Shown here: positions 36,017 through 45,869 of the stretch, one piece after another | How the letters are laid out: each line of letters begins with the position of its first letter | Numbering within the stretch: the first letter of the stretch is position 1 | Assembly (NCBI GenBank): GCA_022841365.1 | Contig: JALHRP010000004.1 | Coordinates: 48,106-112,105, forward strand | Direction of reading: 5' to 3' | DNA from: Chitinophagaceae bacterium | Lineage (GTDB): Bacteria > Bacteroidota > Bacteroidia > Chitinophagales > Chitinophagaceae | DNA: 64,000 nt | Notes under the pieces: model-generated | What the model was told of the DNA's origin: nothing | What the model saw: only the letters and a program-made list of their open reading frames with translations | The model's database searches: none | Position numbers and translations under genes: made by a program

Positions 36017-36053
36017 AAGAGTAATGATGTTATAAACGATCAATTTAATAGTT

Positions 36054-36536
36054 ATGGTCAAATTACTTAAATCAATCAGGAGTCAGTTGCTGGTGTTGCT
36101 TACACATACGTTTGCGTTGCCGGTATTAAAAATAATCCGGAAGAAAAAACCTTTTCCGTATACAACAGATCAGCTAAGTGCACTTCCTTATGAAACAGTG
36201 GGGAACGAATTGTGGCAGGCACTCAATCAACATAACCTCCGGTTATTACCTTATTATGAGAAGCATGATATTAAACATGTGGTGTTGCAATATCCGTTTA
36301 CAGATGAAGGAGAAGTTTGTCTGCAGTTTTTTATGCTGGCGAATGGCAGGATTTCTTTTCCGGTTCTTTCAACCGTCATCTACGGACTGGTCACCATGCC
36401 GGAATATTATGCTTCCTTCTTTCATGCACACAAAAGAGGAAAGCAGTATAAAAATCTGGATCAATTCAATTGGTTTTCCATAATGGAACAGCCACTGGTT
36501 CAGGTACAACAGGAGATTTCAAAACAGTTGGTATGA
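36054..36536 (+). CDS. Hypothetical protein, possibly Coq4-like
   Basis: 160 aa. The HDIKHVVLQYPFTDEGEVCLQFFMLANG segment resembles the Coq4-family core. This is from memory only. Confidence 0.5.
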   Translation: MVKLLKSIRSQLLVLLTHTFALPVLKIIRKKKPFPYTTDQLSALPYETVGNELWQALNQHNLRLLPYYEKHDIKHVVLQYPFTDEGEVCLQFFMLANGRISFPVLSTVIYGLVTMPEYYASFFHAHKRGKQYKNLDQFNWFSIMEQPLVQVQQEISKQLV

Positions 36537-36625
36537 GCATAACAGGATATTTTAAAACAAAACGTACAGGTTGGCTTTATTATCCGGAGTATTTATTTGT
36601 TATCTTATTATGGAAAAATAAGCAT

Positions 36626-36988
36626 ATGAAAAAACTCATTCGTTCCTTTCAACATGCGGCAGATGGTTTTTTGAATGCAGTAAGAACTGAAACAAATCTG
36701 CGTATTCATATTGTTGCAGCAGTCATTTGTTGTGCGGCAGGGTTTCTGTTAACATTAACTCCTGTTGAATGGATACTGGTCGTTTGTTGCATTACTGCTG
36801 TTATTGCATTTGAGTTAATTAATACAGCTATAGAACAACTCTGTAATCTGGTAACAAAAGAGCCGCATCCTTCGGTGAAACAAATCAAGGATATTTCTGC
36901 AGCAGCTGTATTAATAGTTAGCATAGGGGCTGCAGTGATTGCCGCTATTATTTTTTTACCCAAACTGATGAATCAATTTATAGTATGA
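36626..36988 (+). CDS. dgkA: Diacylglycerol/undecaprenol kinase (DgkA family)
   Basis: The start is MKKLIRSFQHAADGFLNAVRTETNLRIH. It has three TM helices and an AFELINTAIE motif. The upstream 52 codons of the track ORF were rejected. Confidence 0.8.
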   Translation: MKKLIRSFQHAADGFLNAVRTETNLRIHIVAAVICCAAGFLLTLTPVEWILVVCCITAVIAFELINTAIEQLCNLVTKEPHPSVKQIKDISAAAVLIVSIGAAVIAAIIFLPKLMNQFIV

Positions 36989-37620
36989 AACGAATCCTGA
37001 TTTATTCCGTTGCATTTAGTATTGCCTTGTATCTGTTTCGTGTAGTGTATACAGGAAGTCTGCTTTTTTTATTTATACCGTGGAATTTATTTCTTGCCTG
37101 GTTGCCTTTGTTCTTCAGCAGCAGAATAAAAGGTGCATCCATCACTATAAGCAACGGACTGTTTTTTTGTTTATGGCTTCTCTTCTTTCCCAATGCACCG
37201 TATTTAATTACAGATCTGTTTCATCTGGAACAACGGGAAGGAGTGCCGCTTTATTTTGATCTGGTATTGTTGTTTACTGCTGCATGGAACGGATTGCTAA
37301 TGGGATTGTTATCATTCAAACAAATTGAACAGAAGCTGCTCCATCATTTCTCTTTTAAAAAAGTACAGCTTATCACAGGTTTTTGTTTTTTGCTTTGCGG
37401 TTTTGGAATTTATCTCGGCCGGTACGAACGCTATAACAGCTGGCATTTAGTAACACAGCCTGTTACACTTGCAGAGGATATCGTTTCAAAATTTCTGCAG
37501 CCATGGAATTACCCACGGGCATGGGCAGTAACTGTTTTATTTACGTTGTTGCTGTTGCTGATCTATGAAACACTAAAAAAATTGCCTGCTCATTTCAGTG
37601 AGCAGGCAAGGGAAGTGTAA
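36985..37620 (+). CDS. DUF1361-family membrane protein
   Basis: Motifs WNLFLAWLPLFF and FFPNAPYLITDLFHL, with about six TM helices. An ATGA overlap links it to dgkA. Confidence 0.7.
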   Translation: MKRILIYSVAFSIALYLFRVVYTGSLLFLFIPWNLFLAWLPLFFSSRIKGASITISNGLFFCLWLLFFPNAPYLITDLFHLEQREGVPLYFDLVLLFTAAWNGLLMGLLSFKQIEQKLLHHFSFKKVQLITGFCFLLCGFGIYLGRYERYNSWHLVTQPVTLAEDIVSKFLQPWNYPRAWAVTVLFTLLLLLIYETLKKLPAHFSEQAREV

Positions 37621-37632
37621 GTATCCTTATAA

Positions 37633-40600
37633 TTAAAAGTCAAGCCCTATTGAAACATGCAGCTTTGGTTTTTCATTAAAGAAACCGCTCATGGGCCAGC
37701 CTGCATCAAAGCGAATAAAATATCCCAGCAGTGTACTTCTTGCACCAAAACCATAACTGCCCAGGAAGGGACCAATGCCGGGAGCTTTTAATGCAACAGT
37801 TAAGGGACTGCCCGGTTCGCTGTAAGTAATTTCGGGCCGGCCGATTTTATTGTATTTACCATTCCATGCCGTTCCTAAATCAATAAACTGAACCAGCTGA
37901 AAGTTTCTTAAGAAAGCATTGTTGATGGGCTTGTTAAATAAAGTTGTAAATACGGGAAGCCTCAGTTCACTATTAATGACCATAGCGTTATTTCCATTGG
38001 CTGAGTTTTGTAAAAATCCTCTCAGGTTTACGGCCAGTGATTCATATACATAACTCTGATCAAGTGCAGGGCGGTTGTTGGTGTTGAAGTAACGTTGTTT
38101 TGCAACACCATTTCTGATCACATCATTATTACCCAGCATTAACCAGCCATCTGTACCACCGAGGTAATAAATAAATTTGTTGTTACCCCATGATATATCT
38201 GCAGCTGCACGAACAGCCCAGATAAAATTGCGGTAAATTTTTAAATAATGTCTTGCATCAAAACCAAGGTTAAAGGTAAAGTCGCCTGCAGAATCTCTGT
38301 TGCCGCCGGAGTAACTGCCACCAAGTCTGTTGTATGCTTCCATCCATGCTTTGAAACGTAACCCTCTCCAGATATTGGTTACAGGGTTAATGGTATTATC
38401 ATGTACAAATTCAAAACGGGCCAGTGCAAAATTTTCATCTAAACTGGGTTGCTCCAGTGAGCCCGGAATTAAATCATCGCTTTTAATATTGAACAGATCT
38501 TTTCTGAAACCACCGGCTAAACGAAAACTCTGCACTTCATTTAATGGATAGTTAACATTGGCCTGGTATACATTAATCAACTGATTGGTTGTATAATTCA
38601 AGCCACCTGAATTTCTCAAAAATACGGTAGATGAAGAACGGTAATAAGAAAGCCCCCAGTCAATGCGTCTTTTTAAATTATCGAAACGCATAAATACTTC
38701 ATTATCCTGCAAGCCATAGTTAATGCGGAAGGCGCCGGTAAATTTGTAATCTTCCATAAACTCCATGGCACCAACTCTTGTCATGGCATTCAATGGATTG
38801 GAGTTGCCCAGATTTACAGGACCCGATGCGCCTGTGTAAGGTTGAAAGCGATTGATGAGGAATACGCCGTTCGATAAAAAATTGGTTGTAAGATTATCAA
38901 CAAAATATTTTTTCCTGTAAGGAAACACACGCATTTTATTCAGCACATCTTCACGGGTTTGTTTTTTTACCCCCATTAATTTTTCACCTGTTGCAGAAGT
39001 ATCTTCTTTAAATTCTGTTTCAAAAAAATCTGTTGGCTTGGGTTGTTCTGTAACGGTACTATCCTGCAGATCGGTTCGTTGCTGTGTATTTTCACCAACA
39101 ATTTTATCGAGCCGTGTAGAGCGTTTAATGTATTCTGTGGGGCGTGCATTTACATTCCGCTTACGCAACACATTTTCATCTACTTTCAGTTTGTACAGAA
39201 ATTTAAACTCACCCTGTCTGTTCACTTCTGTTACCTGTCCGTTATCGCCTGCAATACGTGTTTCTAATACGCTGCTTTGATAATTGGTCATGGGGAAGGT
39301 GTACGAACTGTCATCTGTTACACGGAAAGTAAACACAGAATCGGGTTCTGTTTTATTCCATGCACGTAAGGTTGAATCGAGTTCTTTTGGTTCGGGGTTG
39401 CGTAAAATTTCATCGCCTACCTGAAACACTGTGTCAAGTCCTGCAGCAGTTGTAGTAAAGAAACCGGCCCATCTGTTGCCAATACCGTTTTCATCGCTGA
39501 TGAATGTAAAGTGATTGGTATTGTATTGTGATGGGAAACGGGCATTGCCGTATTTAATATTACTGAGCTGGGATATTTGTTTAAACTCGGATTTATTCCA
39601 GTTATCAATCAGGAACACATTGTAACGGTCACGTGGCAACACGGTATCTGCAGTAATGGCATTGGCCGATGGACGGTTACTGGAAAAGATAATTCCCGTT
39701 TTGTTGGGGAAGGCTACAAAACTTGCATCCAGATCATCATACACGTCATTGGTTACCTGTTCTAATTTCTGATTGTCAATTTTGTAAACAAACACATCGC
39801 TCTGTCCGCCTTTTACCGCACTCATCACCAGTGTATTTGGGTCCAGCATGTATTGCATATCATTCACCTGCTCAAAAGGAAGCTCCAGATTTTTCACCGT
39901 TTTAATTCTTCTGAATGCATCATACACACTCAGCAACAGTTTTCCTTTTTCCCAAACAATCATGGCAATGCGTGTTCCTTTTGGATCCCATGCCAGCAAT
40001 GGATAATTGGGGTTGGGTTTTTCTTCCAGGTTACGCACACCGCTTTTCCACAATACTTTTTCTGAAATAAAATTTTCGTTCAGGATCACTCTGGTTTGTC
40101 CTTTACGATATTCAACAACTGCGTATGTAAAACTTTTTGGATTGGGGTTTGCCTGAAAACGGAAGTAATCGTTCTTGCCAATTTCTTTTGGTACAGTTAA
40201 ACGTCCGCTGGGTACATTTCTTCTTGCACGGATGTCTTTAAAATATTTATCCCTGTTGTACATCATAAAATCGCTCAGTACCGCTTTCAGTTTCTTTTTG
40301 GCAATCGTAGTTGTTGCACGGTTTACGTTTTTATAAATACGGCTCAGGTATAACAGGTAGGTTACATTTTCTTTCCGGTACTTTTCTTCAATATAATACC
40401 AGAAGGCGTGGCCCGCAAGTTGTGGCTGCTCATAAGCAAACTGGTAAAAGTTTTTATATGTGGCACCAATCATGGCGCTTTTTAACTCATTATCTAATTT
40501 CGTGCTCCAGTTTTCAGCAGCATAAGCAATGTATCCATCTGTCATCCATTTGGGTAAATCAAGTAAGGCCTGGTTTTGTGCAAACTCGCCCAGATCATCA

Positions 40601-41076
40601 CCAAAGAGCATACTCTCTACCAATACCTTTGCAATCCCTTCTCTGATCTGGCGGCGCAGATCGTTATGATCGCCGTTGTAATACACCACCATTTTGTTGT
40701 TCACCAGTTTAGTTAATCCACCTGCATTTGGATAATCTAAACCGATACCGATGTTGGATTGCTTAAAGTCATTGAAATTATTGTAGAGCACAATATTTAG
40801 CCGGCGCTGTATACCGAATTCAATAAAATCTTCTAGTGAAGGAAGTTCTTCTTCAGCCGCCTGTGTAGCAAACTTGGCTAACTCTAAACCGTTTTGTGTA
40901 TAGTGAACATTGAAATTAGGGCTTTGATAAAAGTTCCAGGTAAACTTGGTATGCTGCACCCGGTTTTTTCCAAACTCCACCATGTTCACCTGTGCAAAGC
41001 TCACGGCACATAAAGTAAAAACGATCATTAATGATAGACCTGTACGTTTTATAAAACCTCTCTGTTGAATTCGCAT
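37633..41076 (-). CDS. Large outer membrane protein: N-terminal soluble region with TolB/PD40-like repeats + C-terminal Omp85-like beta-barrel
   Basis: The start was trimmed to MRIQQRGFIKRTGLSLMIVFTLCAVSFAQ (signal peptide). PD40-like segments are present (AWDPKGTRIAMIVW, SDVFVYKIDNQKLEQVTND, IIFSSNRP). The barrel ends ...LHVSIGLDF. Confidence 0.7.
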   Translation of the reverse strand: MRIQQRGFIKRTGLSLMIVFTLCAVSFAQVNMVEFGKNRVQHTKFTWNFYQSPNFNVHYTQNGLELAKFATQAAEEELPSLEDFIEFGIQRRLNIVLYNNFNDFKQSNIGIGLDYPNAGGLTKLVNNKMVVYYNGDHNDLRRQIREGIAKVLVESMLFGDDLGEFAQNQALLDLPKWMTDGYIAYAAENWSTKLDNELKSAMIGATYKNFYQFAYEQPQLAGHAFWYYIEEKYRKENVTYLLYLSRIYKNVNRATTTIAKKKLKAVLSDFMMYNRDKYFKDIRARRNVPSGRLTVPKEIGKNDYFRFQANPNPKSFTYAVVEYRKGQTRVILNENFISEKVLWKSGVRNLEEKPNPNYPLLAWDPKGTRIAMIVWEKGKLLLSVYDAFRRIKTVKNLELPFEQVNDMQYMLDPNTLVMSAVKGGQSDVFVYKIDNQKLEQVTNDVYDDLDASFVAFPNKTGIIFSSNRPSANAITADTVLPRDRYNVFLIDNWNKSEFKQISQLSNIKYGNARFPSQYNTNHFTFISDENGIGNRWAGFFTTTAAGLDTVFQVGDEILRNPEPKELDSTLRAWNKTEPDSVFTFRVTDDSSYTFPMTNYQSSVLETRIAGDNGQVTEVNRQGEFKFLYKLKVDENVLRKRNVNARPTEYIKRSTRLDKIVGENTQQRTDLQDSTVTEQPKPTDFFETEFKEDTSATGEKLMGVKKQTREDVLNKMRVFPYRKKYFVDNLTTNFLSNGVFLINRFQPYTGASGPVNLGNSNPLNAMTRVGAMEFMEDYKFTGAFRINYGLQDNEVFMRFDNLKRRIDWGLSYYRSSSTVFLRNSGGLNYTTNQLINVYQANVNYPLNEVQSFRLAGGFRKDLFNIKSDDLIPGSLEQPSLDENFALARFEFVHDNTINPVTNIWRGLRFKAWMEAYNRLGGSYSGGNRDSAGDFTFNLGFDARHYLKIYRNFIWAVRAAADISWGNNKFIYYLGGTDGWLMLGNNDVIRNGVAKQRYFNTNNRPALDQSYVYESLAVNLRGFLQNSANGNNAMVINSELRLPVFTTLFNKPINNAFLRNFQLVQFIDLGTAWNGKYNKIGRPEITYSEPGSPLTVALKAPGIGPFLGSYGFGARSTLLGYFIRFDAGWPMSGFFNEKPKLHVSIGLDF

Positions 41077-41235
41077 AATTTCATCTGTTTGATAATAAAT
41101 GTTTTTATTTGTCAGGCAGAATAGCATGAAAAAACGCATCTGTTTTTAAACAGCGGTTTTGTTCATGGTCATTCGGATGTTGATGGTAATGTAAAACCAA
41201 AATATTACGGTCATTAAAAGTACAAAAATCAATTC

Positions 41236-41877
41236 ATGTTCACTGTTAAAGCTTTTACGTTCAGCCCCATTCAGGAAAACAGCTATTTACTGTATAACGA
41301 AAAAGGCCATGCACTCATTATAGACCCCGGCTGTTATTTTGAAGAGGAACGGGAGGAGTTCGGTTTGTTTGTACAACAAAACAAACTGAAACCGGAAATG
41401 TTGCTCAACACCCACTGCCATCTGGATCATGTTTTTGGCAATAAATGGATGCACGAAACCTATGATTTGCTGCTTCATATACATCCCAATGAAAAACAGG
41501 TGCTCGATTTTGCTCCTGCCAGCGGTTTGATGTGGAGCCTGCCTTTTGATAATTACAATGCAGAATTGAAATACATTAAAGAAGGGGACGATATATTACT
41601 GGATGATGACAGGCTGCAGATCCTTTTTGCACCCGGCCATTCTCCCGGTCATGTTTGTTTCTATTGCAAAGAGCAGGGTTTTGTTATTGGGGGCGATGTG
41701 TTGTTTCGTGAAAGTATTGGCCGTACCGATTTACCCGGCGGGAATTTTGAAACACTCATCAACAGTATTAAAACGCAGTTGTTTTCGTTGCCCGATGAAA
41801 CCATTGTATACAGCGGGCATGGACCTGCAACTACTATTGGTCATGAAAAAAAGCACAATCCTTTTTTAATTGAGTGA
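41236..41877 (+). CDS. MBL-fold metallo-hydrolase (glyoxalase II-like)
   Basis: Motifs HCHLDH, APGHSPGH and GRTDLPGG. Length is 213 aa. Confidence 0.85.
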   Translation: MFTVKAFTFSPIQENSYLLYNEKGHALIIDPGCYFEEEREEFGLFVQQNKLKPEMLLNTHCHLDHVFGNKWMHETYDLLLHIHPNEKQVLDFAPASGLMWSLPFDNYNAELKYIKEGDDILLDDDRLQILFAPGHSPGHVCFYCKEQGFVIGGDVLFRESIGRTDLPGGNFETLINSIKTQLFSLPDETIVYSGHGPATTIGHEKKHNPFLIE

Positions 41878-43377
41878 AATAAACTTTCCAATAAACGGAA
41901 TATACTGTAATTCTTTCTTTTCAATTCTTGCAACAAAATAAGTAAAACCGGCCAGCAGCAGTGTTCCGCTTACAATGCTGAACCAGAGCGGATCGTACAT
42001 GTACACAACTGCCCTATGGAGAAGTACAATAATACTCACCATTGCCAGATAAGCAATCAGTTTTTTCTTAGCATAAGGCACGGGGTAATATTTTTGTCCC
42101 AGCAGGTAACTCGTAATCATCATAAATAAATAACAACTGAAGGTTGCAATTGCCGCACCCCAGTAATGAAACTTTGGTATCAGCAAAATGTTTACGCCAA
42201 TGGTAATGAGTGCTCCTGCAATGGTAATAGCAGCTCCGAATAAATTTTTATTGGTGAGTTTATACCAGATGCTGAGGTTGTAGTAGATGCCCAGAAAAAC
42301 ATTTCCCATCGCCAGCAGCAGCACTACACTCATTCCTTCGCCCCATGCCTTTGATTTCAGGGTGATGATCCATTTCAACACATCTAAATATAATCCAATA
42401 AAGAGAAACATAAAGCAACAGGCTATTACAAAAAACTTCATGATGCGTGCATAGGTGCGTGGTGCATCTTCATCTTTTGAACGATTGAAGAAAAAAGGTT
42501 CGGCTGCCATACGAAAGGCCTGTATCATGATCGTAATCAACACAGCTATACGGTACAGATTGGCAAATACACCCAGCTCATGTTTGGCTTCCTGTTCAGG
42601 CAAATCAACTACATGCTGGTATACAAGTCGGCTGAGCATATCATTGATCATTCCACCCAAACCAACAATGATGAGCGGATAGCTGTACTTCATCACTTCT
42701 TTCCAGAGTTTGCTATCGAAATTAAAATGCAAACCTTTCCATTCTTTCCACAATAATAAAAAAGTAACAAGACTGCCACATAAATTTCCAATGAGATAAT
42801 AACCAATGCCGATCTTTTCATTAAAGAAGGTTGAAACAAATCCTGTTGGATGTAGCTTTATATATGCCGGTAAAAAACCAAGAAAAAGAAATACAATAAA
42901 AATGTTTACAACAATACCTGCTATCCGTACAAATGCATATTTTTTCGGACGGTTCTCCTGCCGCAATCTTGCAAAAGGTAAAGTGGCCAATGTATCAAAA
43001 AACAAAATACCCAGCATCCATAAAATATATTCAGGTTTTGCAGTAAGCCCTGCTGCCTCTGCAATCCATGGCTGCAAAAAGTACAACGCTGCAGTAAACA
43101 ATACAGTTGTTGCTAACAAAAAAATGTTGAGTGTATTATAAAGTGCTTCTTTGTCTTTTTCATTTGAAAAACGGAAGTAAGCTGTTTCAACCCCATAAGT
43201 GAACACAATGTTTAGAAAAGGAATGATGGCGTACACCTGAGTAAGATCGGCGGTGAGGGCCGGCTGAGCAAAAATGAACGGCAACGCCATATTCATTAAA
43301 TAACCCAAAAAGCGGCTGGCAATGGTTGGTAAGCCATACCACAAGGTTTGTCCTGCTAATTTTTTAACGTTGCTCAA
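41866..43377 (-). CDS. MOP-superfamily polysaccharide/oligosaccharide flippase (Wzx-like)
   Basis: 503 aa with about 14 TM helices and the typical polysaccharide-biosynthesis-protein N-terminus (LAGQTLWYGLPTIASRFLGYLM). Confidence 0.8.
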   Translation of the reverse strand: MSNVKKLAGQTLWYGLPTIASRFLGYLMNMALPFIFAQPALTADLTQVYAIIPFLNIVFTYGVETAYFRFSNEKDKEALYNTLNIFLLATTVLFTAALYFLQPWIAEAAGLTAKPEYILWMLGILFFDTLATLPFARLRQENRPKKYAFVRIAGIVVNIFIVFLFLGFLPAYIKLHPTGFVSTFFNEKIGIGYYLIGNLCGSLVTFLLLWKEWKGLHFNFDSKLWKEVMKYSYPLIIVGLGGMINDMLSRLVYQHVVDLPEQEAKHELGVFANLYRIAVLITIMIQAFRMAAEPFFFNRSKDEDAPRTYARIMKFFVIACCFMFLFIGLYLDVLKWIITLKSKAWGEGMSVVLLLAMGNVFLGIYYNLSIWYKLTNKNLFGAAITIAGALITIGVNILLIPKFHYWGAAIATFSCYLFMMITSYLLGQKYYPVPYAKKKLIAYLAMVSIIVLLHRAVVYMYDPLWFSIVSGTLLLAGFTYFVARIEKKELQYIPFIGKFISLN

Positions 43378-43475
43378 TAAACGAAATTAATGAACTTTAA
43401 AAATAGTTGAAATTCTTCCTTTAAATGTGCAACTCATTCAGGTTGTTTTCTATCTTAGATTTCTAAAAACAGGTT

Positions 43476-44114
43476 ATGACTAAACTTTACTTTCTTTTAA
43501 TACTTGCCCTTTCCTTCAGTTTTAAAGCGAATGCACAGGTCTTTGCTGAGCTTGAAGTTCAAAAGAAAAAAATTCCTGCCATTGTTACCGAAGTGCCGCA
43601 GCCGGCTTCTGTAACAGAAGACGCCATTCGTCAGAAATTTACGCAGATGGGATATAATGCAAAAGAAAGCAGGGGAGTTTACAGCTACAAAGGCATCCGT
43701 ATTCCGGAGATCAGTGATGAAACTTTTGATGTGATCTTAAAAGTAGAACGTAAGAGCCGTAAAGAAAAAGATGAAAGCAATGTATACTTTGCTATTTCAA
43801 GAGGGTATGAGAACTATATTAAATCAACCGATGATGCCGGATTTATTGCAAAGGTAAAAACCTATTGTCTCAACTTTTTACCATGGGCCGAAGCACAGGC
43901 ACTTGAAGTGGAGATCAAAGCACAGGAGGATAAAGTAAAATCAACGGAAAATAAACTGAAAGATTATAACGAGGAGAGTGAAAGCCTGATTAAAAAGAAA
44001 AAGAAACTGGAAGAAGATATTGAAACCAATAAAAACAATATCGAAAAACAGAAAACAGAAGTAGAGAGCCAGAAAAAAATTCTCGATATACTAAGAGCTA
44101 AACGGAAAAGCTGA
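43476..44114 (+). CDS. Secreted hypothetical protein with C-terminal Lys/Glu-rich coiled coil
   Basis: Signal peptide (FKANAQ). A heptad-rich tail runs from about residue 140. Confidence 0.6.
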   Translation: MTKLYFLLILALSFSFKANAQVFAELEVQKKKIPAIVTEVPQPASVTEDAIRQKFTQMGYNAKESRGVYSYKGIRIPEISDETFDVILKVERKSRKEKDESNVYFAISRGYENYIKSTDDAGFIAKVKTYCLNFLPWAEAQALEVEIKAQEDKVKSTENKLKDYNEESESLIKKKKKLEEDIETNKNNIEKQKTEVESQKKILDILRAKRKS

Positions 44115-44123
44115 ATCTTAAAA

Positions 44124-44149
44124 TTCCCGGTTAACAGCCGGGATTTTTT
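44124..44149. terminator. Intrinsic terminator between convergent genes
   Basis: TCCCGG-ttaacag-CCGGGA is followed by T7. Confidence 0.7.
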
Positions 44150-44156
44150 TGGTTAA

Positions 44157-44564
44157 TTAGAGATCATTCAGCCGCACTTTTTTCCTTGTTTGTTTATGTT
44201 CACTTTGTTTTTTCTTTGATTCAATTCGTTTTTCTTTTGATGCCTTGGAAGGCTTGCTGGCAATTCTTGCTTTCTTGGGAGTTAAGGCAACGGAAATTAA
44301 GTGGTTGATCTTTTCAATCACTTCTGCTTTATTGGCCTGCTGACTGCGGTGTACCTGGCTTTTTACAATGAGGGTTCCTTCTTTATTGATGCGGTTACTG
44401 AGTTTTTCGAGCAACACTTGTTTTTGCTGATCAGTTACAACTGTTGAAGATGCAATATGCCAATAGCCCATCACCATGGTTTCTACCTTGTTTACGTTTT
44501 GTCCACCAGCACCGCCACTCCTTGCTGTTTGAAATTGTATTTCGTTACTTACATCTTTTGTCAT
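44157..44564 (-). CDS. arfB: Alternative ribosome-rescue factor ArfB (peptidyl-tRNA hydrolase, RF-1 domain)
   Basis: 135 aa with a GGQ motif ([14 protein letters not shown]) and a basic C-terminal tail. Confidence 0.85.
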   Translation of the reverse strand: MTKDVSNEIQFQTARSGGAGGQNVNKVETMVMGYWHIASSTVVTDQQKQVLLEKLSNRINKEGTLIVKSQVHRSQQANKAEVIEKINHLISVALTPKKARIASKPSKASKEKRIESKKKQSEHKQTRKKVRLNDL

Positions 44565-44621
44565 AGTTCAACCGAAGCTTGTATTTTCGGGATTCTAAAT
44601 TACAGCCAAATCAACAGATAA

Positions 44622-45074
44622 ATGAGAGCGGTCATTCAACGGGTAACACATGCTGCTGTAAAAGTTGATCAGCAGGTAACGGGGCAAATTCAAAAAGGCC
44701 TGCTTGTTTTCGTCGGAATTGAAGATGCCGATACAGCAGATGATCTTGAATGGCTGAGTAATAAGATCACAAACCTCCGCATCTTTGATGATGAAGCAGG
44801 TGTTATGAATTGCTCGGTAAAAGAGATTAATGGCGATATTTTATTGATCAGTCAGTTTACACTCCATGCATCAACCAAAAAAGGAAACCGGCCTTCCTAT
44901 ATTAAAGCAAGTAAACCGGAGACAGCAATTCCCATTTATGAAAAAATGATTCTTCAGTTGGAAAAGGATTTTGGTAAAACCATTCAACGAGGTGTGTTTG
45001 GTGCCGATATGAAAGTGGAGTTGCTGAACGATGGCCCGGTGACGATTGTGATTGATACGAAGAACAGAGAGTAA
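44622..45074 (+). CDS. dtd: D-aminoacyl-tRNA deacylase
   Basis: Motifs MRAVIQRVTHAAVKV, GLLVFVGIEDADT and SQFTLHAST. Length is 150 aa. Confidence 0.9.
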   Translation: MRAVIQRVTHAAVKVDQQVTGQIQKGLLVFVGIEDADTADDLEWLSNKITNLRIFDDEAGVMNCSVKEINGDILLISQFTLHASTKKGNRPSYIKASKPETAIPIYEKMILQLEKDFGKTIQRGVFGADMKVELLNDGPVTIVIDTKNRE

Positions 45075-45110
45075 TTTGAAGATTAGTGAATTTGAAAATT
45101 TGAAAATGAC

Positions 45111-45449
45111 ATGAGTACAGAACTTACAATTAAACAGGCGCAACTTGACGTTGACCAATGGATAAAAACCATTGGTGTTCGTTATTTTAATGAACTTACG
45201 AATCTGGGCATTTTAATGGAAGAAGTAGGAGAGCTGTCAAGATTGATGGTACGAAAGTACGGTGAGCAGTCTTTTAAAGAAACAGATAAAGGCAAAGAGT
45301 TAAGTGATGAAATGGCCGATGTGCTATGGGTATTGATCTGTTTAGCGAATCAAACCGGGGTTGATTTAACAGAAGCGTTGCAAAAGAATTTTGAAAAGAA
45401 AAATATACGTGATGCCAACAGGCACAAGGAGAATGAAAAGTTGAAGTGA
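45111..45449 (+). CDS. MazG-like nucleotide pyrophosphohydrolase
   Basis: EEVGEL...DEMADVLWVLICLANQTGVDL is the EExxE/ExxD metal motif pair. Confidence 0.8.
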   Translation: MSTELTIKQAQLDVDQWIKTIGVRYFNELTNLGILMEEVGELSRLMVRKYGEQSFKETDKGKELSDEMADVLWVLICLANQTGVDLTEALQKNFEKKNIRDANRHKENEKLK

Positions 45450-45450
45450 G

Positions 45451-45741
45451 TTATTTTTTTAACCTCTTTCGCTCTTGTAAATAAGCATAAATCAAAACGC
45501 CTCCTAAAATTAAAAACAGAAACCCTTTTTGCATAATAAGGTTATACAAACCAAACAGGCATATCAATACCCCAAAAATCAAATACCACATCCTCATATC
45601 ATAATGATGGGCTAAAAATGCTTTGCTTATTTCCGTATCAGAATAACCCTCTCTTTTAAGCTGCTCTTTAATTTCTCCTTCGGGTTCTCCTTTTTTGAGT
45701 TTTGATTTAATAAGTGATATTTTTTCTGCTGTCATCTGCAT
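45451..45741 (-). CDS. Hypothetical 2-TM membrane protein (96 aa)
   Basis: A clean ORF with two hydrophobic helices in the C-terminal half. Confidence 0.5.
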   Translation of the reverse strand: MQMTAEKISLIKSKLKKGEPEGEIKEQLKREGYSDTEISKAFLAHHYDMRMWYLIFGVLICLFGLYNLIMQKGFLFLILGGVLIYAYLQERKRLKK

Positions 45742-45869
45742 AAGTCAAATATATGCAATCACAACTTTTTCATAATGCAGGCAGCTTGTATCTGATTGCT
45801 ATCAGCTTTGGCAAAGTTTATCAACACCTCAAAACGCTTATCTTTGCCCACTTTCAAACAACCGTGAAC

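Noticed and set aside
36178-36483. 101-aa ORF in an alternative frame of the 36054-36536 gene, and the 52-codon extension of the dgkA ORF (36470-36625)
   Set aside because: The alternative frame is Cys/Trp/Met-rich. The DgkA family homology starts at MKKLIRSF (36626).
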